Part shown: positions 9,430-18,080 of the stretch, piece by piece
How positions within the stretch are numbered: the first letter of the stretch is position 1
Layout: each line of letters opens with the position of its first letter
Origin: Candidatus Kerfeldbacteria bacterium
Lineage (GTDB): Bacteria > Patescibacteriota > Patescibacteriia > UBA10025 > JAHIVO01
DNA length: 64,000 nucleotides
Direction of reading: 5' to 3'
Assembly (NCBI GenBank): GCA_047946875.1
Contig: CP181398.1
Coordinates: forward strand, 713,041-777,040
The notes under the pieces: model-generated
Told to the model about the DNA's origin: nothing
The model's input: the letters and a program-made list of their open reading frames with translations, nothing else
Databases searched by the model: none
Program-made: the position numbers and the translations under genes

Positions 9430-11073
9430 TTACATTCTTTCAGGGGAACTTATTCCCATACTTGATAATACATTATTTAAAGTTATTTGTGCAACTTTCA
9501 TAATTTTTAATCTTCTTTCATCTACCTTCTTACCTTTTATTACTTGGCAATTGGTATAAAATTCATGAAAAGAAGCTGCAATCTCTGTGGCATAAATTGT
9601 TAATTTATGAACCTGATATGTATCAGCGACCTCAATAATTATTTCCGGCCATTTTAGCAATTTTTTAACTAATTTTGCCTCTTCATTTGAGATAGTTGTA
9701 CCTCTCTTGATCGGAATAAATTCTAGAGTTTCCGCTCTTCTTATTATACTACATATCCTAGCGTGAGCATACTGAACATAGTAGACAGGATTGTCCTTGG
9801 TCTTTTTTTTGGCTAAATTCATATCAAAATCCATATGCGTATTATAATCATGCATTAAGAAAAAATATCTAGTAGCATCCAAACCTACTTCATCAACAAT
9901 TTCTTCAAGAGTTATAAATGTACCGGCTCGTTTTGACATCTTTACTTCCTCCCCTTTTTTCAATAATCGGACCATTTGGGTAATAACTATATCCAACTTA
10001 CCATTAAAATCAAAAATTTTCATAGTTGCTTGTAAACGTCCAATATATCCATGATGATCAGCCCCGAAAAAATCAATCACTCTATCAAACTTCCTTCTAG
10101 AAAATTTATTCCAATGATAAGCAATATCCGATAAAAAATATACAGGGTTACCATCAGCTTTTATCAAAACTCGATCTTTCTCATCTCCATACTTACGAGT
10201 CCTCAACCAAATTGCTCCATCAGATTTATATAATAAATTTTTTCGTTTTAATTCTTTTAACATACGGTCAACCACACCAGTACTATATAATGTATGTTCT
10301 TCAAAAAATTTATCAAATTTAATACCTAACTTTTCTTCAGTAACCTTTTTTATATCAACAATCATCTTTTTCAGAATCCTACCTTTTATTTTGTCTCTAA
10401 TATCTTCCATTTTCTGATTCTTATTCATCTTATAATCAGGGATATATATTTTCTTTGCTAGCTCAGTTATATACTCACCTTGATAACAATAATCTGGGTA
10501 CTCAATTCTGATTCCCTTATGTTGCCAATAACGACGTAAGACTGACTCAGCTAGAATTGTTATTTGATTACCTACGTCATTTATATAATACTCTCTCTGA
10601 ACTTTATAACCTGATAATTTTAAAATATTAGCCAGAACATCTCCAGAGAAACCACCTCGACCATTCCCTAATGTAATTGGACCAGTTGGATTAGCAGATA
10701 CAAATTCAAGTTGAATTCTTTGACCATCTCCTAATTTATTTTGACCAAATTTATTTTTTTGTTCGATAATCTCTTCAACTTGTTTTCCTAAAAATTTATT
10801 ATCAATAAAAAAATTAATAAAACCTGGTGATACAACTTCAATTTTTATTAGTGGGGCAGAATTACCAAAATTCTTTTTAATTTCATCAGCAATTTCCAAC
10901 GGACCGCGATGAATCAGTGGAGCCAACTTCATAGCAATATTACATGAATAATCACCAAATCTTCTCTCAGGTGGATAATTTATTTCAAAATCAAAACCTC
11001 TCTCCTTCAAATCGGGCCAAAGAGATGATGATACCTTAATTATTTTATTATTCAAATATTGTTTTACATTCAT
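9430..11073 (-). CDS. argS: Arginine--tRNA ligase
   Basis: HHGYIGRL (HIGH-like) and MSKRAGTFITL (KMSKS-like) motifs. DALR anticodon-binding C-terminus (LDATRYFFL). Confidence 0.93.
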   Translation of the reverse strand: MNVKQYLNNKIIKVSSSLWPDLKERGFDFEINYPPERRFGDYSCNIAMKLAPLIHRGPLEIADEIKKNFGNSAPLIKIEVVSPGFINFFIDNKFLGKQVEEIIEQKNKFGQNKLGDGQRIQLEFVSANPTGPITLGNGRGGFSGDVLANILKLSGYKVQREYYINDVGNQITILAESVLRRYWQHKGIRIEYPDYCYQGEYITELAKKIYIPDYKMNKNQKMEDIRDKIKGRILKKMIVDIKKVTEEKLGIKFDKFFEEHTLYSTGVVDRMLKELKRKNLLYKSDGAIWLRTRKYGDEKDRVLIKADGNPVYFLSDIAYHWNKFSRRKFDRVIDFFGADHHGYIGRLQATMKIFDFNGKLDIVITQMVRLLKKGEEVKMSKRAGTFITLEEIVDEVGLDATRYFFLMHDYNTHMDFDMNLAKKKTKDNPVYYVQYAHARICSIIRRAETLEFIPIKRGTTISNEEAKLVKKLLKWPEIIIEVADTYQVHKLTIYATEIAASFHEFYTNCQVIKGKKVDERRLKIMKVAQITLNNVLSSMGISSPERM

Positions 11074-11150
11074 ATATATATATTATAACGAAAAAACTAC
11101 AATAAAAAAAGGATATACAATACTTGCATACCCTTTATAAAATAAATACT

Positions 11151-12053
11151 CTACTTTATTGAGCTACTTATACCAACTAATACGTCAGAAAAACTCCGAT
11201 TGTCACGATTAATACCAATTGGTAACCTAGGAATATCATTACAAGTAATAACTTTTCCTGACAATCTCTCTATCTCTTCCCATAGTTCACAACTTAAACC
11301 AATGATGAATTTGGAATATTCAACCATATAATTAGTAGGAATAGAAGCACTTTTACTAGGATTACCAAACGGTAAACAATATGGCAGAGAAATGTCCGGA
11401 TAATATGGAATAATACTATTACCCTCCATATAACCAACTGTCTTTCCTGACAATGGTACACCGATGAAAAAATCTCTCTCACAGAGCCAATCTATGACAT
11501 TATTAAATTCATAAACTGATTCAATCTCAAAAGTTGAATTTTTTCTAATAAATTGATTATTACACCAGTCTATCATAATACCGATAATACTTTTTTGAAC
11601 ATTCAAGCCTTTTTCCTTCATCAAAGATATTATCTGGTATAAAGTATCTCCGGAGAAACATCCATCATCAATAATAATAATTGGCTTGTCTTTCGGTAGA
11701 TTGTTTAACTGATCATCTATCGAGATACAACCAGGGCGGTTAGATAAGCCGATTTTTTTTAGAGTATTAATATCAGCAATTCTATTAATCTCTAAATAAC
11801 TATCAACCTCACAATATACTTGATCAATAGAAATAATAATCGCGTCGTTATTCTGTTGAATTTTCTGTTTCAATTGACTACTTAAATCTTCATAACTAAT
11901 CAATACTAATTCTGTAAACATTGAATTTAGATATTTAATTAATCGCTGCTGAATACTGACAAAAAAGTTATGATCAGGAATTTTATAATCAACCCCTCTA
12001 GTCCAGCGTTTCATCAAATATTCTAAATCTTCAGTAATAACATACCGTCTCAT
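11151..12053 (-). CDS. Phosphoribosyltransferase (PRTase)-domain protein, function unknown
   Basis: PRPP-binding-like motif IIIIDDGCFSGDTL. 300 aa. First gene of a tight minus-strand operon. Confidence 0.4.
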   Translation of the reverse strand: MRRYVITEDLEYLMKRWTRGVDYKIPDHNFFVSIQQRLIKYLNSMFTELVLISYEDLSSQLKQKIQQNNDAIIISIDQVYCEVDSYLEINRIADINTLKKIGLSNRPGCISIDDQLNNLPKDKPIIIIDDGCFSGDTLYQIISLMKEKGLNVQKSIIGIMIDWCNNQFIRKNSTFEIESVYEFNNVIDWLCERDFFIGVPLSGKTVGYMEGNSIIPYYPDISLPYCLPFGNPSKSASIPTNYMVEYSKFIIGLSCELWEEIERLSGKVITCNDIPRLPIGINRDNRSFSDVLVGISSSIK

Positions 12054-12601
12054 TGTACTCTCCTTTTTAATAAGTACTTAAACCAATATTCATGAAAAAT
12101 TCCTACAATCTGACTACTCGGAACTTTTATTCCTGTTTGCTGAAAACCTAATTTTTTATTGATTGAAATTATAGGAAAATTATCTTCTCTCATTCTTGTT
12201 AAAAGAAGTGTGGACTTACCAATATCACTCAAATGTATAAAAATATCTTGCTTAAGTAGTGTGCCCACTCCTAAATTTTGAAATTCAGGACTAACACATG
12301 TTTCTCTGAGCCAGATTAATTTACAACCCACAAATTTTTTGGGAAAAACCCCTAATATTCCACCTCTCTCATTATTTAATTCTTCAATTGTCATACTGTT
12401 CCACCAGGTTGCACCAACCACCTGACCATCAATCTCCGCAACCAAGCATTTAAATCCTGACTTTAATCTTTGAATATTCCACCGTCTTTTAACTTCTTTA
12501 ATCGATAAATCTTCATACCAAGGAAAACCAGAAAATGCTTTTCTATAAATAATTTCAATACCAATAACATCATTCACTGTATATTCTCTTATCTTCATCA
12601 T
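12050..12601 (-). CDS. GNAT family N-acetyltransferase
   Basis: Acetyl-CoA binding motif region (CVSPEFQNLGVGTLL). 4-nt overlap with the upstream gene. Confidence 0.7.
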   Translation of the reverse strand: MMKIREYTVNDVIGIEIIYRKAFSGFPWYEDLSIKEVKRRWNIQRLKSGFKCLVAEIDGQVVGATWWNSMTIEELNNERGGILGVFPKKFVGCKLIWLRETCVSPEFQNLGVGTLLKQDIFIHLSDIGKSTLLLTRMREDNFPIISINKKLGFQQTGIKVPSSQIVGIFHEYWFKYLLKRRVQ

Positions 12602-12631
12602 TAACTCCTTCTATTTATTTTTTAAAGAACT

Positions 12632-13165
12632 TTATTTGTTAACTACTTTAATCGCCATATTTACAGCTTCTGCTGGTGTTCTAGCTGATAATATCTTTAA
12701 CCTCTTTCTGCTATCTAAAAACGTACCCACTAATTTGTCGGTCCATCCCCCTGTCCCGATTAATGCAACTATTGGAATATTTAACTGATAACCAATAGCA
12801 ATCTCTGTTAGCGTTCCTGATCCTCCACTTACAGAAATAATAACGTCACATGAATTTACCAATACAAATTCCCTACCTCCACCACGCTCTAAACCGGTAA
12901 CAATGATAATGTCTGTATTACCATCCTTATCCCAAATATCTTTCTTCACCCCATAAGTTACCCCTACTGTCAGACCACCTTGTTGCTTAGCGCCTCTAGA
13001 TGCCGCCGTTGAAAGAGAATCATAATCTTTTTCTGCTCCGAAGACGGTAATATTTTTTGATTTTGCTATTAACCTACCTAACTCGAACGCTGATTTTTCG
13101 ACCTCTGAAGAATATTTAAGGTCTGCTCCAGAACCTATCACTCCAATTTGAATTTTTCTTTTCAT
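12632..13165 (-). CDS. LOG/TIGR00725-family Rossmann-fold protein (possible nucleotide N-glycosidase)
   Basis: GxGxxG N-terminus (IGVIGSG) and PGGxGTxxE-like motif (VSGGSGTLTEIA), as in LOG / lysine-decarboxylase-like proteins. Confidence 0.7.
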   Translation of the reverse strand: MKRKIQIGVIGSGADLKYSSEVEKSAFELGRLIAKSKNITVFGAEKDYDSLSTAASRGAKQQGGLTVGVTYGVKKDIWDKDGNTDIIIVTGLERGGGREFVLVNSCDVIISVSGGSGTLTEIAIGYQLNIPIVALIGTGGWTDKLVGTFLDSRKRLKILSARTPAEAVNMAIKVVNK

Positions 13166-13173
13166 ACTTTTTT

Positions 13174-13875
13174 TTAATTAATATTTATCTTCTCCATTTT
13201 GTAACAAGTAATATCCACATATCGATTTACTAATAAGGCAAAGAACTTCTCCCCCTTTATATTCACCTCTTCAAACTCTTTAAATTTTCCCTCTTTGTCC
13301 TCATAATCTTTTTTTAAAAGTTTCCCATAAACTCGAAAGAATGTTTTCTGATCTTGGCTCAAATCCTTTTTTAAAAAATCTTTAAGACTACTATATAATT
13401 TATTCTGATTTTCTACCGAATTTTTTGAACCACATTCAATCTCTACTCCACAATCTACAAACTGAGTTAATGGTCCAGGTTTCTTTAGATTCTTTGGACT
13501 CCAAATTACTATGTTCTGAAATGGCAATAAAGTTGATAATAATAAATTTTCTTTTTTTGGATTTGTTACGATTGTAAATATTCCAGTCTTAGCTGGCGTA
13601 CCATGAATATCAATAACATAGTCATATTTTTTAAATACTTGCATGAGTTCATACGCTCGACGTATTTCGTATTTAAAGCTATCTTTATTCCCCGGTGCTA
13701 CTCTATTTAAATCCGCGTCAATAAATCTTTTATTCTTTTCCAATGCCTCAGGATTTGAAATCTTCCAATCAAATCGAGATAAATTTTTTTGATCAGTAAG
13801 TTTTTTTAAGATTGGAATTGTAAACCCTTCATTACCGTGCGTTGCTGCTAAAAATAATATTTTTTTTCTTTTCAT
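13174..13875 (-). CDS. AstE/AspA-family (succinylglutamate desuccinylase / aspartoacylase-like) zinc hydrolase
   Basis: N-terminal HGNEG-type metal-binding motif (LFLAATHGNEGFT) and DIHG further on, typical of this carboxypeptidase-like family. Confidence 0.5.
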   Translation of the reverse strand: MKRKKILFLAATHGNEGFTIPILKKLTDQKNLSRFDWKISNPEALEKNKRFIDADLNRVAPGNKDSFKYEIRRAYELMQVFKKYDYVIDIHGTPAKTGIFTIVTNPKKENLLLSTLLPFQNIVIWSPKNLKKPGPLTQFVDCGVEIECGSKNSVENQNKLYSSLKDFLKKDLSQDQKTFFRVYGKLLKKDYEDKEGKFKEFEEVNIKGEKFFALLVNRYVDITCYKMEKININ

Positions 13876-13903
13876 ATTTTTTAAATTAATTTAAAAAGTA
13901 AAG

Positions 13904-15031
13904 TTATGCATCTTTAATAAGATCACACATTCCACAAGCAACACATCCTGCTTTATCAGTTGAAATTATACCCACTTTATCCATTAAACGTTTTGAAAAA
14001 TATAAAACTTCCAGAAAATCTTTCCAATTTACAGTTGGAGCAAATGGATAATTCGGAATATCTTCAAAATATCGTCCAGCTAGTGGTGAGGGAATAACCC
14101 CTATTTTAATTACTTCCTCTATACCTTGTTTGAGGCTAGCTATTGGCTCAGTTCCAACTACAAAACATGTTGACACCCTTCCAACACCAAATTTTTTTAT
14201 GGCACGTTTAAAGGACGCAATATATAAATCTCTTTTACAAAATTTATTTTTTCCGGGAATTAATTTTGCACGTACTTTTTCATCCCAACATTCTAAATTC
14301 ATCATCAAACTAGATACTCCTGAAGCAGCTAATCTATCTATCCAGTTCAAATCTTTTGGTGGAGTAATTTCTACTGCAATTTGTAATTTTGGGTATGCTC
14401 GTTTAACGGCCTCAACAACTGGTTGAATAAACTCAATACCCCTTCCATCTGAAAAAGTCATACCTCCATTTATTGTTAAACCCCCATATTGGTCTACAGG
14501 TATTTTTTTTAATGCTGAAAGTATTAAAGCAGGTTTTTTTCTAATTAAAACCAAAGATCTATTTTTTAATGATTTGTTAATTACACAAAATTGACATTGA
14601 ATGTTTTTTGAAAACAAAGCACAGTCTTCATAAATTGAAATTGCTAATTGACAGTTATGAACAGTAACGATCTGTGTGATATTAAAACCATTTACATTAA
14701 ACTTATACCATGATGGTGGTGTAAGAGCTTTGCCTCTACATAGTTCTTTATTCTTTTGAGAAATAATAATATTTCTTGAGTCCGAAGAAGCAATAGAAAC
14801 CTTTAAATCAACCTTTCTTTTTTTATAAAATGGCGCATTCACAAATAAACAATTTGAAAGTAGCATTTTTCCTCCCGAACTTAATCCACCTCTTTTTACA
14901 TTAGATGGATTTTGATCCATAAATAATTTTTCAACAGATTGTGTAAAATTAACTCCTTCACACAACATTTTTGCTTTTAATTCTATTAAATTTTTTGATT
15001 TAGTCATATTTTTATAATTTAAAAACCACAC
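13904..15031 (-). CDS. Radical SAM-like enzyme with non-canonical Cys spacing
   Basis: Cys cluster C-x11-C-x9-C-x2-C (NCQLA...EDCALFSKNIQCQFC), then a GGE-like glycine motif (TINGGMTF) ~40 aa later, then a TIM-barrel-like core and an extra C-terminal CxxCxxC (CVACGMC). Confidence 0.45.
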   Translation of the reverse strand: MWFLNYKNMTKSKNLIELKAKMLCEGVNFTQSVEKLFMDQNPSNVKRGGLSSGGKMLLSNCLFVNAPFYKKRKVDLKVSIASSDSRNIIISQKNKELCRGKALTPPSWYKFNVNGFNITQIVTVHNCQLAISIYEDCALFSKNIQCQFCVINKSLKNRSLVLIRKKPALILSALKKIPVDQYGGLTINGGMTFSDGRGIEFIQPVVEAVKRAYPKLQIAVEITPPKDLNWIDRLAASGVSSLMMNLECWDEKVRAKLIPGKNKFCKRDLYIASFKRAIKKFGVGRVSTCFVVGTEPIASLKQGIEEVIKIGVIPSPLAGRYFEDIPNYPFAPTVNWKDFLEVLYFSKRLMDKVGIISTDKAGCVACGMCDLIKDA

Positions 15032-15156
15032 ATAATAAAAAACCTCTTTTTCAGTTAAAGAGGTGTGTGGTTTACTACTTAATTAGAAACAAACCCTTTA
15101 ACTAAATAAAAAAGAGGCTTGTCTATGATGATTAATTATAATTTTAAAATTTTCCA

Positions 15157-15456
15157 TTATTTTAATTTTAGTCTATTGATTATTAATTGATAACCTCCTT
15201 TACCCTGGTTAATCCAATTAGCTACTCTTGCTACAGTGGTAGTGCTAACTTTTAATTTTTCTGAAATATCTCTATATGAAACACCTTTCACTATCAACTT
15301 AACCATTTGCCACCTATCACCAAGATCTGTCATTTCTTCCAAGGTACATAAATCTCTAAAAAACTTATTACATTCATCTTTGGTTTTTAATGAAAGTATT
15401 GCTTCGAATAATTCATTATTCTTCTTGACATCCCATTTAATATTTTTCTTAGGCAT
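15157..15456 (-). CDS. YerC/YecD (TrpR-like) family helix-turn-helix protein
   Basis: 99 aa. Conserved C-terminal ...YRDISEKLKVSTTTVARV... HTH typical of the TrpR-related YerC/YecD family. Confidence 0.7.
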   Translation of the reverse strand: MPKKNIKWDVKKNNELFEAILSLKTKDECNKFFRDLCTLEEMTDLGDRWQMVKLIVKGVSYRDISEKLKVSTTTVARVANWINQGKGGYQLIINRLKLK

Positions 15457-15562
15457 AGTATTATTTTGTATTACTGTGTTAACGCATTAATACAATAGCA
15501 TAACTATATTTATAGTCAAGTGACAGTTATCCACAAATAAGCTATTATGTTAAAATATAATT

Positions 15563-16009
15563 ATGCCAACAATAAATAAAAACAAACAAGCATATTTTGA
15601 TTACGAGGTTTTAGATGAATTTGAAGCCGGGATTGTTTTGAGTGGTTCAGAAGTTAAATCTATAAAAAATGGTCAAATTAACTTAAAAGGTAGTTATGCC
15701 ACTATCAAAGGTAATGCTCTATGGCTGATTAATGCCCATATTAGTCCTTACTTACAGTCCTCTACTCAAACATCCTATACTCCAACTCAAGATCGAAAAC
15801 TATTATTACATAAAAAAGAAATTGGCTCACTTATAGGCAAACTGAAGACTAAGGGCTTGACAGTATTGCCACTTTCTGTTTATACTAAAGGGAGTCTAAT
15901 AAAGATAAAAGTAGGTGTTTGCCGTGGCAAAAAGGCTCATGACAAGCGCCAGCTCATTAAAAAGCGTGAAACAGATAAAGATATTAGACGATTATTAAGA
16001 AATAAGTAA
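15563..16009 (+). CDS. smpB: SsrA-binding protein SmpB
   Basis: AYFDYEVLDEFEAGIVLSGSEVKSI... matches the SmpB core. The K/R-rich C-terminal tail fits too. Confidence 0.9.
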   Translation: MPTINKNKQAYFDYEVLDEFEAGIVLSGSEVKSIKNGQINLKGSYATIKGNALWLINAHISPYLQSSTQTSYTPTQDRKLLLHKKEIGSLIGKLKTKGLTVLPLSVYTKGSLIKIKVGVCRGKKAHDKRQLIKKRETDKDIRRLLRNK

Positions 16010-16034
16010 TTTTGCTTATTTTTTTAATACCATA

Positions 16035-16437
16035 GGGAGCGTTTATAATCGACAGTGCTATCACTATAAAAATCGCAAACCATCCAATTCTATTTATATG
16101 ATGTAAAACTATTAGTAGAAATTACACAAATGCCAAATCATTTGTAAGCAATGTGAAGACTGCATTTGCTAACGCATTTACACCTTCATTTGCGCCCGTA
16201 GTTGCCTAAAACCAACTGCCATCCTGCTCTTAATGTCTGATAGAGAGATCCAGGGTGTTATAATTCAGACTAGATATCAATTTTATCCTTTTAGTAGATA
16301 TTTAAAAAACATAAAGGATCGGATTGTTGGATTTTGCTTGTTATATACCAATGATCTCAAACAAAAAATAAGCTAAGTTTGTAGAAGTTTTTATATAATA
16401 ATACTAGACAGGGGTGCGACCCCCCTCGCTTCCACCA
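16035..16437 (+). ncRNA. ssrA: tmRNA (SsrA), ~403 nt
   Basis: The 5' GGGAGCG pairs with 3' CGCTTCC, including the G3:U70 alanine identity pair. The D-loop analogue UUUAUAAUCGAC resembles E. coli AUUCUGGAUUCGAC. A T-arm AGGGG-UGCGACC-CCCCU is followed by the acceptor strand and CCA at 16435-16437. The gene sits directly downstream of smpB. A candidate tag frame ends ...AFTPSFAPVVA* with stop at 16207-16209. Confidence 0.8.
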
Positions 16438-16474
16438 TAAATATAATAATTAAGTAAGAAGAATAAATTTCTAA

Positions 16475-17017
16475 ATGAGAAAAAAATTTAATTTTAATAA
16501 AAAAACTACTAAAAAACTGAATGTAAATCAACAAATTCGTGCCAAAGAATTAAGAGTAATTGATGAAAAAGGAGAAATGCTTGGTTTAAAAAGTTTTGTA
16601 GAAGCTATGCAAATAGCTAATGAAAGAGATTTAGATTTGATTGAAGTATCTCCATTGGCTGATCCTCCCGTATGTAAGATTATGGATTATGGCTCTTACC
16701 AGTATCAACAAGATAAAAAAGAGCGGAAACAAAAAGCTAAACAGAAAAAAGTTGAAGTCAAAGGGATTAGATTAACTCTGAAAATTGGTCCTAATGATAT
16801 GGAAACACGTAAAAAACAATCTTTAAAATTTTTGGCCAAAGGAAATAAAGTAAAAATTGACTTAATTCTAAGAGGACGTGAGAAGGCACATACTGACATG
16901 GCTAAAGAAAAAATTAAAGCATTTTCTGATTCTATTGCAGAGAGTGAGAATATAGAAATAGAACAAGACATAACTAAGCAGGGTGGTAGATTATTCATGA
17001 TAATCGGAAAAAAATAA
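16475..17017 (+). CDS. infC: Translation initiation factor IF-3
   Basis: IRAKELRVIDEKGEMLGL... matches the IF3 N and C domains. The true start may be a non-ATG codon upstream. Confidence 0.9.
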   Translation: MRKKFNFNKKTTKKLNVNQQIRAKELRVIDEKGEMLGLKSFVEAMQIANERDLDLIEVSPLADPPVCKIMDYGSYQYQQDKKERKQKAKQKKVEVKGIRLTLKIGPNDMETRKKQSLKFLAKGNKVKIDLILRGREKAHTDMAKEKIKAFSDSIAESENIEIEQDITKQGGRLFMIIGKK

Positions 17018-17105
17018 TCCTAACCTGCATACTAATATATATCATTAGTATTGTTATTTATCATAAAATTATATATAATAAACTACCACTAAGAATTACA
17101 TAAAT

Positions 17106-17318
17106 ATGCCAAAATTAAAAACTCATAAAGCAACTGTTAAACGCTTCCGCTTCTCAGGCGCCAAAAAAGGTAAAAAGAAAATATTAAGACGACAATCAGG
17201 TCAGGATCATTTTAATGCAAGAGAATCTGGTAATGTTACCAAACGAAAGCGTCGAGATGTTTCAGCTGCAAAAAGCACTATTAAAGCTATTAAACAATTA
17301 ACCCCATACAATAAATAA
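17106..17318 (+). CDS. rpmI: 50S ribosomal protein L35
   Basis: MPKLKTHKATVKRFRFSGAKK... is canonical L35. It sits in infC-rpmI-rplT order. Confidence 0.92.
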   Translation: MPKLKTHKATVKRFRFSGAKKGKKKILRRQSGQDHFNARESGNVTKRKRRDVSAAKSTIKAIKQLTPYNK

Positions 17319-17319
17319 T

Positions 17320-17661
17320 ATGAGAGTCAAAAGAGGTACTACCCACGTCAAAAGACGTAAAGCAATTTTAAAGAAAACCAAAGGATTTAAGTGGGGTAGA
17401 AAGAATTTATTAAAACTTGCAAAAAACGCAGCTACAAAAGCTGGTGCTCATGCTTATCGTGATCGTAAAGTAAAAAAAAGAACTGCAAGACAGCTATGGC
17501 AAATCAAAATTAACGCAGCTGCCAGACAGCATGATACTACTTATGGTAAATTTATAGATGGATTGAAAAAAGCAAAGATTGAACTTGATAGAAAAGTACT
17601 AGCAGATTTAGCAGAAAACAATCCAAAAGTCTTTGAAGCAATTGTTAAGTTATTAAAATAA
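17320..17661 (+). CDS. rplT: 50S ribosomal protein L20
   Basis: MRVKRGTTHVKRRKAILKKTKGFKWGR... is canonical L20. Confidence 0.92.
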   Translation: MRVKRGTTHVKRRKAILKKTKGFKWGRKNLLKLAKNAATKAGAHAYRDRKVKKRTARQLWQIKINAAARQHDTTYGKFIDGLKKAKIELDRKVLADLAENNPKVFEAIVKLLK

Positions 17662-17677
17662 GTTAAAAAATACAATT

Positions 17678-17713
17678 GGAGCGGTAGTTTCCCGCCGTTG
17701 GCGGGACAAGCTC
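17678..17713 (+). other. Partial copy of the tRNA-Asp 5' end (GGAGCGGTAGTT) followed by a GC hairpin (CCCGCC-GTTG-GCGGG)
   Basis: The first 12 nt are identical to the start of the intact tRNA-Asp 59 nt downstream. Confidence 0.45.
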
Positions 17714-17736
17714 TATAAAGATGTAATAATAAATAT

Positions 17737-17813
17737 GGAGCGGTAGTTCAGTTGGCTAGAACGCTACCCTGTCACGGTAGAGGCCGCGGGTTCAAGTCCC
17801 GTCCGCTCCGCCA
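17737..17813 (+). tRNA. tRNA-Asp (anticodon GTC)
   Basis: GGAGCGGTAGTTCAGTTGGCTAGAACGCTACCCTGTCACGGTAGAGGCCGCGGGTTCAAGTCCCGTCCGCTCCGCCA. The cloverleaf has a GTC anticodon in a CTGTCAC loop and an encoded CCA. It is close to E. coli tRNA-Asp. Confidence 0.92.
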
Positions 17814-17872
17814 CCTAGTTTGGATAATAAGACTAGGCTTGTTTTGGATATTAAAGATTCATTTATGCAAAG

Positions 17873-17916
17873 ACTTGAATTTACCTGAGCTAACAAGCGA
17901 GGGTAAATCAAAGTCC
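17873..17916 (+). other. Imperfect 14-bp-stem hairpin (GACTTGAATTTACC ... GGTAAATCAAAGTC) between the tRNA and its 3'-end duplicate
   Basis: Inverted repeat read directly from the sequence. Function unknown. Confidence 0.35.
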
Positions 17917-17953
17917 CGCCTGCCCCGTAAAAATGAACGGAGTGAATGACTGC

Positions 17954-17970
17954 GGGGTCCGCTCCGCCAC
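17954..17970 (+). repeat. Duplicated tRNA-Asp 3' end (GTCCGCTCCGCCAC, 14/14 identical), att-like remnant
   Basis: An exact 14-nt copy of the tRNA 3' acceptor/T-stem region lies 140 bp downstream of the intact tRNA. Confidence 0.5.
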
Positions 17971-18080
17971 TAAGCTTATAAAAATAAACCTAGTTTTTTT
18001 GTAGTATAAAAAGAAAAACACCATTTCTCTATCCGAAGATAAAAAAATGGTGTTATGAAACTTACTTATGAAATAGCAGT

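Noticed and set aside
16705-16998. 97-aa minus-strand ORF inside infC
   Set aside because: It is antisense to a highly conserved IF3 gene.
17752-17949. 65-aa ORF (MARTLPCHGRGRGFKSRPL...) on the plus strand
   Set aside because: It is read straight through the tRNA-Asp gene and its downstream hairpin or repeat. The Arg/Gly-rich translation of tRNA sequence is a classic artefact.
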